DNA of 64,000 nucleotides, from contig JAQGDQ010000095.1 in the NCBI GenBank assembly GCA_030141605.1, positions 1-64,000 on the forward strand, given 5' to 3'. Under the pieces are notes generated by a model. That model was given only the letters and a program-made list of their open reading frames with translations. It made no database searches and was not told the origin of the DNA. Numbering within the stretch: position 1 is the first letter of the stretch; the number at the start of each line of letters is the position of its first letter. This DNA comes from Tubiluchus corallicola. Taxonomy: Eukaryota > Animalia > Priapulida. A program made the translations under genes and the position numbers. This document shows, one piece after another, positions 13,201 through 25,120 of this stretch.

Positions 13201-15382
13201 TATGGCCTATTTAAAAGTTGTTGCCGAATAGAAAGCACGAGCAAAATTGCTGCCACCTTGTCATTGTTTACCCGGGATAACCGAGGAGTATTTGCCGTCA
13301 TTTTTAGCCTTTAGCCTTTTAGATTGATTAAGAGCAATTTTGGCCATTAATTATTTAAGTGGTCAATTTAGTGGTCAAAACCACGGTTCTGACCAACTAA
13401 AAATCCATTTTTAGTTACTTCATATCAGCTGGCCAAAAAACAGTTTGCGCAAATTTCCCGCGTGTTTCTTTGTATTATAACCTGATTACCAATCACTTAC
13501 TTTGACAGAGTGGCTCAAAAATGCGTCCAAAAAGAGCTTCTTGGGGTTGACGTCCGGATAAGGCCCGTGTCAGACAGAGCTGAACATAATCCCTAAGGCG
13601 TAAGCCGTGAGGAGAAGAAGCCGCCTCATAAAAAATGAACATATGCTAACCAATTGTCCCTGTCACACAGATAATCCATTTGCCGTCTTCCGCCAAACGC
13701 CGCTTGCCTACCGTAAGCCATCAGCCCTAATCCGTGCCAGGCTCCTAACAATCCATTTTGAGCGGTTCATAAGGCGCTTATGGCGAAATGAATTTGGCCA
13801 TTAATTTCATTTGCCATAAGACGTTTTTATTTATCGCTAATATGAAAATTGGTGTAATAAAGCTTTTTTTCTATCATAAGAATCCATAACATCGATGTAC
13901 TATAAGCATTAAAAAACATTTTTGACCCACAACACCTATTTACGACGTATTACAATGCACATAAGAAATATGAACTACATGCAGAAGGCAGCTACCAGTC
14001 ATCATATTATGCAATGTTTGCGACTGACAATCTGTTATTCCGTAATGAGTAAAGTTATATTGATTATTAAACTATCTATTATATTAAAATTTAGTAGTTT
14101 CGTGCCTCCCGCCAAAAAACGGATTATGGCAAAATGCCTTGCTACGTAGTACACAGAGCAAGGCGCATACCGCAGATCACGGCAAGCGCTTTAAGGAGGA
14201 TGGAAGACGCCTTATGGCTTACGGATTATGGATTATGGCTTGGTCTTCACGGCTTTTTCTCTTGGATACGGGCCTAAAAGACCCTTTTTCTGCCACCTAC
14301 ACGTCAAAAACTAGAAATCGATGTGGAAACCGAGAGTAGTAGTAATGTTATCGGTTTCTATATTGATTTCTAGTATCTGGCGTGTAGGTGGCAGAAAAAG
14401 GGTTTTTTAGGCCCGTGTCACACAGAAAAAGCCATGAAGAGCAAACCATAATCCATAATCCGTAAGCCGTCTTCCTTCCTCCGTAAAACGCATGTCGTGA
14501 TCGTCTGCGGTAAGCGGAATGCGCCTTGCTCTGTGTAACTATCAAGGCACTTTGCCATAATCCGTTTTTGGTGGTAGGCACGAAACTACTAAATTATTTA
14601 TTTAAAGTCGGTTTTTTGGATGAACAACTTGAGCTCTAAAGAGCTTTTAGACAGACTATAAATAACAATCTGCAGCTACATAACAGAGACTATGATTACC
14701 CCACTTTTACCCTAAATACCACGCGCCAGACAGGGCAACAGCAGGTACCATTTTTAGAAATCTTTGGTATGACAACACGACCGCGGTATCAAACTCACGA
14801 CCTCCCAGACGGAAAGTGGACACGTTACCACTAGACCAACCCGTCTGGTATCACATTTTATTAGACTTATTACTAGAATTATTAGTGCAACGGTTAATTA
14901 AATGAAGGAGGGGGTGCTGAAAAATTGTGAATCAACTAGGGTTTGAATTCAGTACCTGTGCTTTCATGGCACATGCTTTACTACCTGAGATAATGGCATA
15001 CATGTGCATTGTGCGCGCGCACATAAGTGGCAGCTGTAAAAACAGTTTAATTTGTGTGAGTAACCTAATCTTGGTGTAAACAGTATAAACCGGAATCGGT
15101 ATCAAAGAGTATTTTTATATAAATTATATAATCGTTTTCTTCCACAGAATTTTTGCAAGCACCATTAAGCGTCCCTTTGGCGTTCGCTACAATCCGTACA
15201 CGCAATCGGTGGAGGTGCTTAGCTCTGCGGAGAAGATTGCATCTGTTATGAACGAGTTACGAGGAGACATTTGCATAGTTAATGATGCCGTCAAACGAAT
15301 ACAGGAGCTGGGAGAAGATGAACTGGTTACAGATGACGTAGAGAAACTGCTTAAGAAGCTTAGCGTTAACATTGCCAAATAA
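4253..15382 (+). CDS. TPH: Tryptophan 5-hydroxylase (biopterin-dependent aromatic amino acid hydroxylase), multi-exon
   Basis: GT-AG exons with consistent phases: 4235(ATG 4253)-4357, 4586-4796 (or copy 5168-5378), 6466-6572, 8025-8092, 9354-9404, 10458-10603, 10809-10944, 11581-11707, 11873-11968, 12101-12234, 15148-15382. Motifs [36 protein letters not shown], iron ligands HELLGH and VEF. TPH-type residues VAGYLS and CYFF (PAH and TH have YWF). AATAAA at 15481. The start codon is the least certain part. Confidence 0.93.
4425..5588 (+). repeat. Tandem duplication, 2 x 582 bp (4425-5006, 5007-5588), containing a TPH exon
   Basis: Copies look identical by eye; identical ORFs at 4785 and 5367 are offset by 582. 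Confidence 0.95.
11071..11504. mobile_element. hAT (Charlie/Buster-type) MITE in a TPH intron
   Basis: TIRs CAGTGTTCTTAACC / GGTTGAGAACCACTG; perfect 8-bp TSD CTCTAGAG. Confidence 0.88.
13562..14274. mobile_element. PIF/Harbinger-like (Tourist-type) MITE
   Basis: Ends GGCCCGTGTC / GATACGGGCC, TAA on both flanks, subterminal CATAATCC/GGATTATG repeats. Confidence 0.6.
14088..14595. repeat. Long imperfect inverted repeat (arms 14088-14335 and 14349-14595)
   Basis: AATTTAGTAGTTTCGTGCCT... pairs with ...AGGCACGAAACTACTAAATT along about 250 bp; mirrored ORFs at 14139(+) and 14348(-). Confidence 0.9.
14690..14849 (-). mobile_element. tRNA-derived SINE
   Basis: Minus strand has A box TGGTCTAGTGG, B box-like GAGTTTGATACC, then GTCATACCAAAGATTTCTAAAAATGGTACC. 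Confidence 0.7.
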
Positions 15383-18096
15383 GAGTAGTAAAGCTATAAA
15401 TATGCATAGACAAGAAGCCAAAATCAATGTGAAATGAGCACGAAATAATCCCATACAGATTCTACACCTGAATTAATAAGAATAAAGTTATAACAATTAT
15501 CCAGTTAGATCGCTACAGTCTATTTTGATTTCAAAATGTTGGCACACATGAGTTTAAGCCTTATTTTTGTTACGTCTAGTGTATGTAAAAGTGCTGCTGT
15601 ACATTTTTACAGAGCTATTTTTTGCTGTAATGAGCATAACCGCTTAGAGTATATCATATGTATAGATCTCCTTAAAAAGACGCCCGACGGTTCGTCAGAT
15701 AAATGGTTTCGAGGACTATAATTGCCTCTTTTGTTAAAGTCAGTCATCAAAATCCAATATTAAAATAGGTTATTAAAACTCGATTCAGTTATATTTACCT
15801 AAACATAAAAGTGTACAACTACTAACTATCACGCAGCTGGAAAGTTTCGTCGCCATTTGAGATTTTCGGGTAACTTTACGAAAGACTCGTCAAGATTAAT
15901 ATAATACAGTAATGTGTGATAAATTGTTCATTAAACACTAAATTAGTACACTAACATTTCTATGACGCAAGACTGTACAACTTATAAGCGCTGCTTAGTA
16001 ATAAGGTGTCCAATAAATGCGCAAGTGTAATCAGAATTAAGTTGTTCTGCAAATAATGTGCGGTGTGTTTGCGTTAACAATGTGAACAAATTCAGCAAGT
16101 GATACAAGGAACTACATACAAATGGATGAGAACAAAGCAGTAGTAAAGGTACTTAAAAGCCTCTTTATTATGTGGAATAGAATAAGACTTTTCATCGATG
16201 TAGTCGATTGCTTTCAAAACTGTCTAATAGGTAGATACAAAAATTGAATAACTGATGTATTAATTAAGTCTATTAAATCTACATTAAGTAACTGAGCTAT
16301 ATTATTTGCTGCCCAAGTTGTTAAGAGAACCTTAACCATAAATTTTTGTGGCAAGCTACCGTTTTGGTACAAACCGCAAAGGTCGATTTCCGCAGCATTG
16401 TTTACAGATCTAGAGATCAACTTCTTTTCATACTACGTTGAAGATGTTATCTTTCTTAAGAAGACGAAAAAAGAAAGGGAGAGCACAAGAAAGATAGAAA
16501 ATAGCTAATCAAAAAATGTTGGGTAATTTTTTATTTCGATTTTATAAGCACAAAATGCAGTAACTCGAACAAATTCCTTAATGATTTCCATCACTCGAAC
16601 AAATCAAAATTAAGGCATTCGTTTAAGCAGTATTAACCTCCATTGCCGCGGATAAGCTAAAGTGACAGTTATGCATGGCGAAAGGTATAAGTTTTATTTT
16701 CTAGACAAACAATGTCAAGTACTACAGAATTTTAAAACTATACACATGACCATTCCATTGCCAGATTAGAACAGCCAATATACTAGTTGCAAAAAGAATG
16801 AATACTGATAAAGACTACGAACATTTGTTTTGCAAAAACTACAAAGTTAAATATTATACTATATAGATTGTAGTGGATTATGTAGCAAACGTTTACGATT
16901 TATTTTAGCTGATATTAATGTGAGATTGAAAGGCTATTACTATCGCAACGAGTCAGCATGCCAAAAATAAACTTGCTGTGCAGTTGAACAAATCGCAGAG
17001 AGCTTGTTTCTTTTCTATTTTTAAGCAACATTTACACGTTGCAAACGCATTATAATTTGCAACCTAGTAATACTGCCTAGCCAGAATAAGCGGAAGCAGT
17101 CTGTACTGCACATATGAATGCTTCGTATCGCAAGTCAATCCACAATTCTGCGTGAATAATATTTAGCAAATGTACAGTGTAATTGAAGTTTCCATTTGAA
17201 GCTCGCTATCAGCAAAATAAAAGCAGTAACACGTTAAGACAAAGTGTGTGTTGAAAAGAAATTGCGGTTGGATTGTCAATTGTTTTTGTGCCTAGTTATA
17301 TCTGTTTATCAAAGCCTGTTTGTTTTGGAGTAATTCACGTTATTGTTCTTTCAGCCACAGCACCACGGTAGATTAAAATATGCCAACACATATAAATTGA
17401 CATTGCAGCTAAAAACATTCTTAACCATTATTTAACACAATATAATTACAAAAAATGTCCCAAAAAGTTCCGAGTTACTGATTTTCATGCACAGATGTAG
17501 AATCACCAGCAGAGTATGCGCAAGCGATTCTTCTAAATCCGTTTTCATGATTTTTTTCTTTAGAGTTATTTTGCCCATTGTCTACCACAGCGTATGATGA
17601 TAATGAGCTAACCACTTGCAACGCATTTTAGACAAAGTGTAAAAAGAGGAAGTGACGAAACAGTTTATTGTACGTATTTCGTTTTTGCGATTAGCGGCTG
17701 CGCTGGCGGCATCAAACGGCGGATGATTAAAAAATTTTGAGCGGCGCATTGACTGTAATAATAATATTCTTAAGTTCACCAATGATGTTGGCGTACGCGC
17801 AATTTCGATAAGCCAAAATAACTTTTGCGTTTTTAATAAAAGAAGAATATCTCAATTAACAGTAATTATTAGTTTCATGAAAATCAATTAAAAGCAACAT
17901 TTCATGAAAATGAAAAAAATTGTAGCAATAAGTTTGTATTATGTACTTGCAAATACTTCTTCAGTTTTCTTGTAAGTAAAATTTAATTGTTCTTCCTGAG
18001 GAAAGAGGCTAGCTGACTGCGTGATTGGTTGCCTACTATGTAAAAAAGTAATGCATTTTTTATTGATTTATTGATTTTTCTCTTCCTCCCTCTCTT

Positions 18097-18125
18097 AGAG
18101 AGAAAGAGAGGGAGGGAGAGAGAGT

Positions 18126-18166
<41 letters not shown>

Positions 18167-18211
18167 AGAGAGAGAGAGAGAGGGAGAGAAAGAGAGACAA
18201 TGAAAGGGATG

Positions 18212-18277
<66 letters not shown>

Positions 18278-18295
18278 GAGGGGGAGAGAGACAGA
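18097..18295. repeat. (GA)n microsatellite
   Basis: Directly visible. Confidence 0.97.
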
Positions 18296-18970
18296 GATCC
18301 TTCTTTTCCTTTTGTTGAAAGTTCTGCCTTTTGTTTCTTTGTCGTTTTACTCCAATGCGAGGTAGCGGATTTGGCACATTAAAAATTACACCCATTTACG
18401 TGCCCTGCAATTAATCTATATAATTACACATATATTATATTGTAGGTTTGTATATAAATAATTCGCACACGCACGCATGCACACAACAAGTAATTGCATA
18501 CGGTGCTTCGTATATAAATAATCAATACAGTAGTAGAGATGAGTAGGACTGAACTACCAGCCTAGGGCGTCGTAACGTCTCGATACACCCATGCACACGC
18601 ACTCATATACATGTATGATGATGTATGCATTATTACATACAAAGATTCTATGAAGCTGAGCCTATATATTTAACTATGTAAAATGATTGCCCTTAGCACC
18701 TAGACCTGTATAAAATCAATTAACTTAAGCCCATCAATAAATAATATTTGTCAAGTACATTTTTTACACGTAAACAAACTGTATTTAATGAACATTTATT
18801 TAGACGTAAGCCTAACTGAATCTTAAAAAATTAGGCATAATACAAGTGACGGCTACGCATGATATATGAGATGTTATGACCCGCGTGCAGATTCTAATTT
18901 ATGCGCCAGGCTGGCTTCTCACCTAAATTCTGTACTTGATTTTGACCTAGTCAGTTTGGTTGTTATAGAG

Positions 18971-19286
18971 CAGTGGCTCCCAAACTTTCTCGGACCGTTA
19001 CCCAAATCGGGAAACCCGGTCGTGTCCATTACCCCCCACCTAGTACTTCTTCTCCAACTCAAAAAGTAAACACACGTATATGCCACAAGCAAGCAAATTA
19101 TTTATGTTTGCTCGTGACATAAATAAATTTCCAGGTGTTGTTGTTGTATTGTTGCCAAAACTTACCAAAAACTACAAAAAATGCATTCCGAGCGAAGTTT
19201 TAAAAATTTTCAGAGGGGTGCCCGTTACCCCCCAAAAAAACCATATTACCCCCGGGGGTAATTTACCCCTACTTTGGGAACCACTG
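18971..19286. mobile_element. hAT (Charlie/Buster-type) MITE
   Basis: TIRs CAGTGGCTCCCAAA / TTTGGGAACCACTG; perfect 8-bp TSD TTATAGAG. Confidence 0.9.
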
Positions 19287-21202
19287 TTATAGAGGTAGAA
19301 GTAATGTCGGCTGCTTACGATGACAGCTCTGATGTTTCGTTTTGTTCTCTGATAATAAAAAAGCGGAGTAATGTCGTAAATGGATCTCCGTTTGTTCAAC
19401 CTGATTTTATAACCAACTCCAACTCATAACAAAGGCCAATGTATGATTATATGCTTTTTGAACATCTTTTAACTAGGAGTTAACAAAACATGCAGATGCA
19501 TACACAAGTTTTGTTCTGGAAAAATTATTTGCTCTTCTGAAAAAATCGATTTTTTTCTATGCTTGCTTTAAATATTATTCAAAAATATGACAGCTGCTAT
19601 AAATCGCCAAAGACAGATGTAAGCCTTGCAGTCTTTGCTAAGTGTACAAAATATTTAATTTGTAACAAAAGGTACAAAACTGTGTTATAATTAGCATTTT
19701 GTTATAATTACTTGGCTGCATCCTCGGGAAATTCAAAAAGATATTTTTACCTCTGTTTTTGCAACTCACTGCTGAGTAATTTATGAGCACCTGTCGACCG
19801 GCCTGACTTTGGTGGTCTCATCAATTCATCTGCTACAGTACACACCAGTCTGCGAATAGCTTGCGCTATAGCGTACGTGACAACAACAGTCCCTACTGCT
19901 GTGCCGCTAGGGCCACACTGCGCAGTAAATTTCTCTACTTTCTGTAGTCCATATTCTTTGTTTTAGAGGCATATGGGACTTGACGTTATAACAATGTCTG
20001 CCTGCAAATATACCTTCTCTACCCTACTTTAGCTTGGCATAAAAAATTTCAACATGATAGAAGGCCCTAGGCCTAGGGTTACTGTGAAATGTAACCGTCT
20101 AAAATCTACTTCAGCGTGGGTTGCGTGGCTGGTAAAACTTGCCCGTATTAGCTACTTTAATTGTGTGAAAGTTTGGAAATTCTTAATAACAAGTGCAAGA
20201 TAAGTATGACAATAACTTACAATAAATTTTATATTTTATTAAGAAACTCAACGTTTCCGCTGCACATTAGCTGCCATCTTCAGGTAATGACTACTAAAGT
20301 GCAGTGGAAACATTGATTTTTTTAATAAAAATGTTATAAAATTTGTTACACTGTGGCTTGTTTGTTAAATTAATAGTGTGAGAACAGCATTAACTAATTG
20401 AAACCATGTGAATTTAATCTTCCTACGATGCCCAAATCTATTGATAATGCATGTACTTTTCACCTATTGGAGCAGAGATACCCAGTTAGTTTTTACTCTT
20501 TACAGTGTCAATGTATTGTATAAAAACTTTTAGTAAAAGAAAACAAAAACATGTGCTAACTTTCCACATCATTATATAAATTTTGCTTCAAAAATACTAA
20601 GTTGGCTTTCAGATGCCTAAGTATGCAATGTTTTACTTCTCTGATTAAAGTTATGTTGGTAACGAAAAACTAATTTCATACAATAGTTTTCTTTAGTAAT
20701 AATATAAATGAAAATGCGGGAGCTATGAAGACTAAATGAACTGAATTACAATGAAAAATTTTATGAAAAGTAAAAAAAACAGATAGTGCTAATTTGCTAA
20801 ATTACAAAGCTAAATTCTACTACTCTCTGTTAAAGATTTAATGCTAATGCATTAACATAATTAGCAGGCACCATGAACATGTATGTCAAAAAATTTCCCA
20901 TATACAGTACAAACTACTATTAAGTCATTTGTTACTATATGACATTGACTCGTATACTGTACTATATTACATAACAACCAGAAAAATTTACAAATCAGCA
21001 TCACCCGAATAACATCTAAGAAAATGTGCAAACTCCGGTGATTTCACCAGCAGGTTAAACATTAAACAAAAAGAGTGTGTATTACCATAGCTAGAATAGT
21101 GTTAATTAAATAGCCTCTATTATGCAATGGTAGGAGCAAATATGTACACAGTATAATAAAAACTCTACTTGTTTAGCATAAGTAGGAATGTGTATCCATT
21201 TA

Positions 21203-24200
21203 TTATTTTTGCACACTGCTCACAGATCCAGCATGTTTTCGCTGATACTGTATAGGAGGAGTTCCTACTGCACGCGGAAGGCTTCCAGCACCAGATTTAC
21301 CTACCGTCACTAGCACCTTAATAGCACCTGTGAAATCAGCCGTCACTAAAACCTGTCCTCTGTTCACATTCTTATCTTTTTCTGCAACAGACGGTCGCCT
21401 TTTCAGTTCTTTTGTTACCGGATCCGTTAAATCTGATAAACTCCGGTACGGTCGTGTATCATCTTTAATTAACAGGACAGGATTAGGTGCAAACACAGCA
21501 GCAGTGACAACAGCATTATGAATTTTCACTGCCTCCCAGTAGTCATTTCTATCTCTTCTTGCAGAGGAAAATTTTGAGTAATCATAGTTTGTTCGCCACA
21601 GGTAAACGTAATGATCCTCAGATGCACAAGCAATAAACTTATTCCCTTGACTTAAACTAGCTTTTATTTGGCTGCTTGTATTGGTTAGTCCTTTGTACTT
21701 GCATGCTAAGGACAGGTCACGAAGGTCATATAAACGAATACGAGAATCGTTCGAGGTTATTAAAATCTTGTTTTCACCAGGCAATGGTTCTATACCACTT
21801 ATTTTGCTCCCACGTCTGTTTTTACCCCTGCTAGAACGAACGTGAATTTGAGTAAAATATTTGAGCAATTCGGTGCTATAGAAAATACATCGACCATCGT
21901 ACGTGCCTATTACAGCAAATCTACCATTTTGGCAGAAATTGGCAGCAGTGATGAGCTTTGTTTGTCCATCAACTTCATTCCATAATGCTACTTTCTTTTC
22001 TGGAATGTTCCACAGTCTAAGCTTACCATCTAATGAACCACTCAAGAAATATCTATCATCTCTTGGGTGAAAAGCAATAGCAGTAACAAAATCAATATGC
22101 TGAAAGCAACAGAGGCACTCTTTTCTTGATATGTGCCATAGCCTAACAGTTTTGTCCATTGAGGATGATAAAATAAAATAATTTTTAGACCAAGATACAT
22201 CAAGTAGGTCTGCAACATGACCCTCATACACACAAAATGGCTGTTGAACAAAAGGTGCTTTATCAACATCAATGTCTGTTGCTGGTCCATCTTCCAATAT
22301 AGTACAGGAGGAACCCATTAAAGGAGGAGTAAGTTCCTTTTTCTCATCGCCTGGTAAGGTCAAACTATCTTGAGATGGAGAAGGAGAAATTTTTGAACCA
22401 CCACTAGCATATTTTAATCTCATGTCACTGAAATATGAATAAGCTTCTTTGAGAACCCACACTCTAAGCTTGTTGTCCTGGCCAGCAGTTGCTAACAAAC
22501 GGCCACAGTGAGAAAATTTAACAATCCACACAGGACCAGTATGTTCACTAGACATATCCTGAACTAGAAGCACTTGATCAAATGTATAAGGTCCTTTATG
22601 ACTACTGGAAGCTTTTATTTTAATACCTGTTCTTATCATCTCAGCAGTCATTTCGTCATCGTCTGATACGATGTCTTCTCCATGCAGAACCTCGTCTGCC
22701 ATAGACTTTATCTTGCTGTATGTCTTTCCCACCTTTTTCCCAAGATATTTCTTAAATTTTGCAGTTTTCAATTTAACAGCTTTTTTATCAATATGCAAAT
22801 GTCTATCATGATCAATCTGTTTTAACCGATCCCCCTCATCTTCATCTGATTCTTCTTTAACGTGCTCTATTTCTGTTTCACTAGGAAACTCAGATGTAAG
22901 CTGCATGATATGCAAGGTTAAGGGATTTATTCCTTTAGGCAAGCTCTCTTCAGCACGATTTAGTGGTACAGCTTCTCCAGTGTCCAAATTCTTGACCATA
23001 ATTTGTGCCAATATTTCATCTTCAGTTAATGCCACACCGGTCTTAGACATTCCTTTCATCAGTAATCTCTGTTCAGCTTCAACTGGATCATCTTTACTAG
23101 GTGCTCCTTCACCTTTCTTCACACCTTCATCAACACCATGGTGAACAAAAGAATCCCCCAAAGTGGCACTCATTATGTCTAAAGAGTGATCCATAGAACC
23201 TTTTAGTGAACTATTTGAGCTTGGCTCTGGAAGACCCAATGAGATATTAGGTGCATCGTCAGACATTACACTTACAGTATCTATGTTATCTCCTTGAGCA
23301 AACTTGTGTGCTTCTACCATCAGAGAAGAAACAACAGGATGCTGTTGAACTTTTTTGTGACGTCGAGCTCGAGGAGGAGCAGTTGGTGATGGCACAAATT
23401 GTTGACCGTGATTAATCACCTTATTAGGAGATCGCGATCGTGTGCTAGCGACTATGTCAGGTTCTACTGAAACCTGTTCAGGTCTTATATCACGATTCAC
23501 ATATTCACATTCAGGAATCTCAGTAGTATCATAATCGACATGCTGCTCATTCTCTGTGGCTTCTTCAGAGGATTCAGGTTTCATAGCTAAAGCACCAGCT
23601 GGCTCTGCAGATGGTAAAGAAACAGTTGCTGATGACTCTGATACAGATGCTTCAGAATCACATGACATGTTCTCTTCTTCCATAAACTGTAACTGCATAT
23701 AGTCGTCACTGCTCTGCATTCTTCTTCTTGCTTCTTCCAACTTTTTTCGTCTCTTAGCATTTTCTTTTCTTGCTACCTCTATTTCGTTCTTTCTGTCCTC
23801 CTCTCGCTTTTTCTTCTCTTCTATTTTAGTCAGTTTTTCCTGCAATTTAATTTCTTCCTGCCTTTGCTTTTCTTCTAATTTTCTTCGTTCTTCTTCCCAT
23901 TTTTGTAATTCTTCCTCTAGATCCAAAGACTGATTTTCAGAGGAGATAACAGTATCATCCCCCACTGCAACATTACACTGAGATGAATCTGCAATGGTAT
24001 AATGTAAATATAAATGTACATATACCTTTTCCATACAATATTAATACAAGCTTTAGTCCAATAGTTATTTCATACATGTGCAGATGCTAGGCAAGTAATA
24101 CTATTTCCCTAAAACTTTAGCAACACATTGGTGAGGCATGTAATTAAACTGCCTAATCTTTGAAGAGAACGGCAACTTTATAGGTACCAGTTTACATAAA

Positions 24201-24634
24201 TTACTCCTCCTACAGTTTTGGAGTTGAACTTGTTCAAATGATTCGATAGTCGTATTGTTTTCTTCGTGTATCGATGACTCCATGTTGTCCGAGATCTGCA
24301 GAAGAGGCAATAACTAGATTCCGTTTCAGAAGTACTTCTTCATAACTGATATTTGACTTTTCAACCTATTCGTAGTATAATACTTGTAAGTTGATGTTAG
24401 GCCCTTGTAAAAAATGCACCATTCAGCTTTAGAAGTGAATAGTGTGCAGAATAATTATGGAATATATACATAGAGGTGTTAAATAAACACAGTGTAATAC
24501 CTACCTTCGTTCGACTGGAACGTTTCATTCGCTGGCAATCCGTGCGCTACAAAAGCTGTTTGTACTGGCTTATCTGGAGTTACGACTTCCTTGGCATCAA
24601 AAAATTCATCTGTTTCACTATCGCAGTCCGACAT
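21203..24634 (-). CDS. WDR44: WD repeat-containing protein 44 (Rabphilin-11, Rab11 effector)
   Basis: Exon 1 24634-24505 (MSDCDSETDEFFDAKE..., donor G/GTAGGT, phase 1) joins in frame to the acceptor at 23988 (CCATTGCAG) and reads to the stop at 21203. Contains the VKNLDTGE..PL..AEE.LP.GINPLTLHIM motif and WD40 repeats (EHTGPVWIVKFSHCGRLLATAGQD, SSSMDKTVRLWHIS, FHPRDDRYFLSGSLDGKLRLWNIP). Confidence 0.93.
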
Positions 24635-24804
24635 TTTCCGGAACAAGTTGCTTTTCCACCGTGAACAGCATAAAGCTGGGAAACAAAACTCACAATCCCT
24701 TACTGAACACTGACTTCGAAAACCATAGCGTACTGACCGAAACTAGTCTTGATTATTGAATCTTGGTGTACACTGAACAAAGTATGCAATCTTGCTATTT
24801 TGCT

Positions 24805-25120
24805 AGACATAGATATAGACATAGACATATACATTTTATTTATCCCCTCTTTTACGCCAGAATACAAATAGACTATTGTTGCTATAGTTATTAGTTAAAC
24901 AGGATAAATTATGCCTAAAGGGAAGAGTTAGGGGGTTGCAGAAGAAAGAGTAACGAATGACCAATTGATCATTAAGTCAGCTACCCTTCTCAGGTTAGTG
25001 TAAATTAGTGTGGCACTGCTAATTAAACCGCGTAATATAATCATGAAGTACGTTAAGAAAATCAACTGTTAACATAAATTTGTACGGGAAGAAATTAAAT
25101 TTGAATGTGAAATAACTAAA
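24805..25120 (-). mobile_element. Interspersed repeat, probable LINE/SINE 3' end (copy 1 of 3)
   Basis: Similar to 28741-29050 and 35066-35780; minus strand ends AATAAA plus a (TATGTC)n tail. Confidence 0.65.

Noticed and set aside
14780-14997. tRNA genes
   Set aside because: A and B box-like motifs are present but there is no intact cloverleaf; better explained as SINE heads
18060-18395. SL- and RE-repeat ORFs
   Set aside because: (GA)n microsatellite
23989-24034. ORF-track N-terminus of WDR44 (MEKVYVHL...)
   Set aside because: Lies upstream of a good acceptor; the FFAT exon at 24634 is the better start
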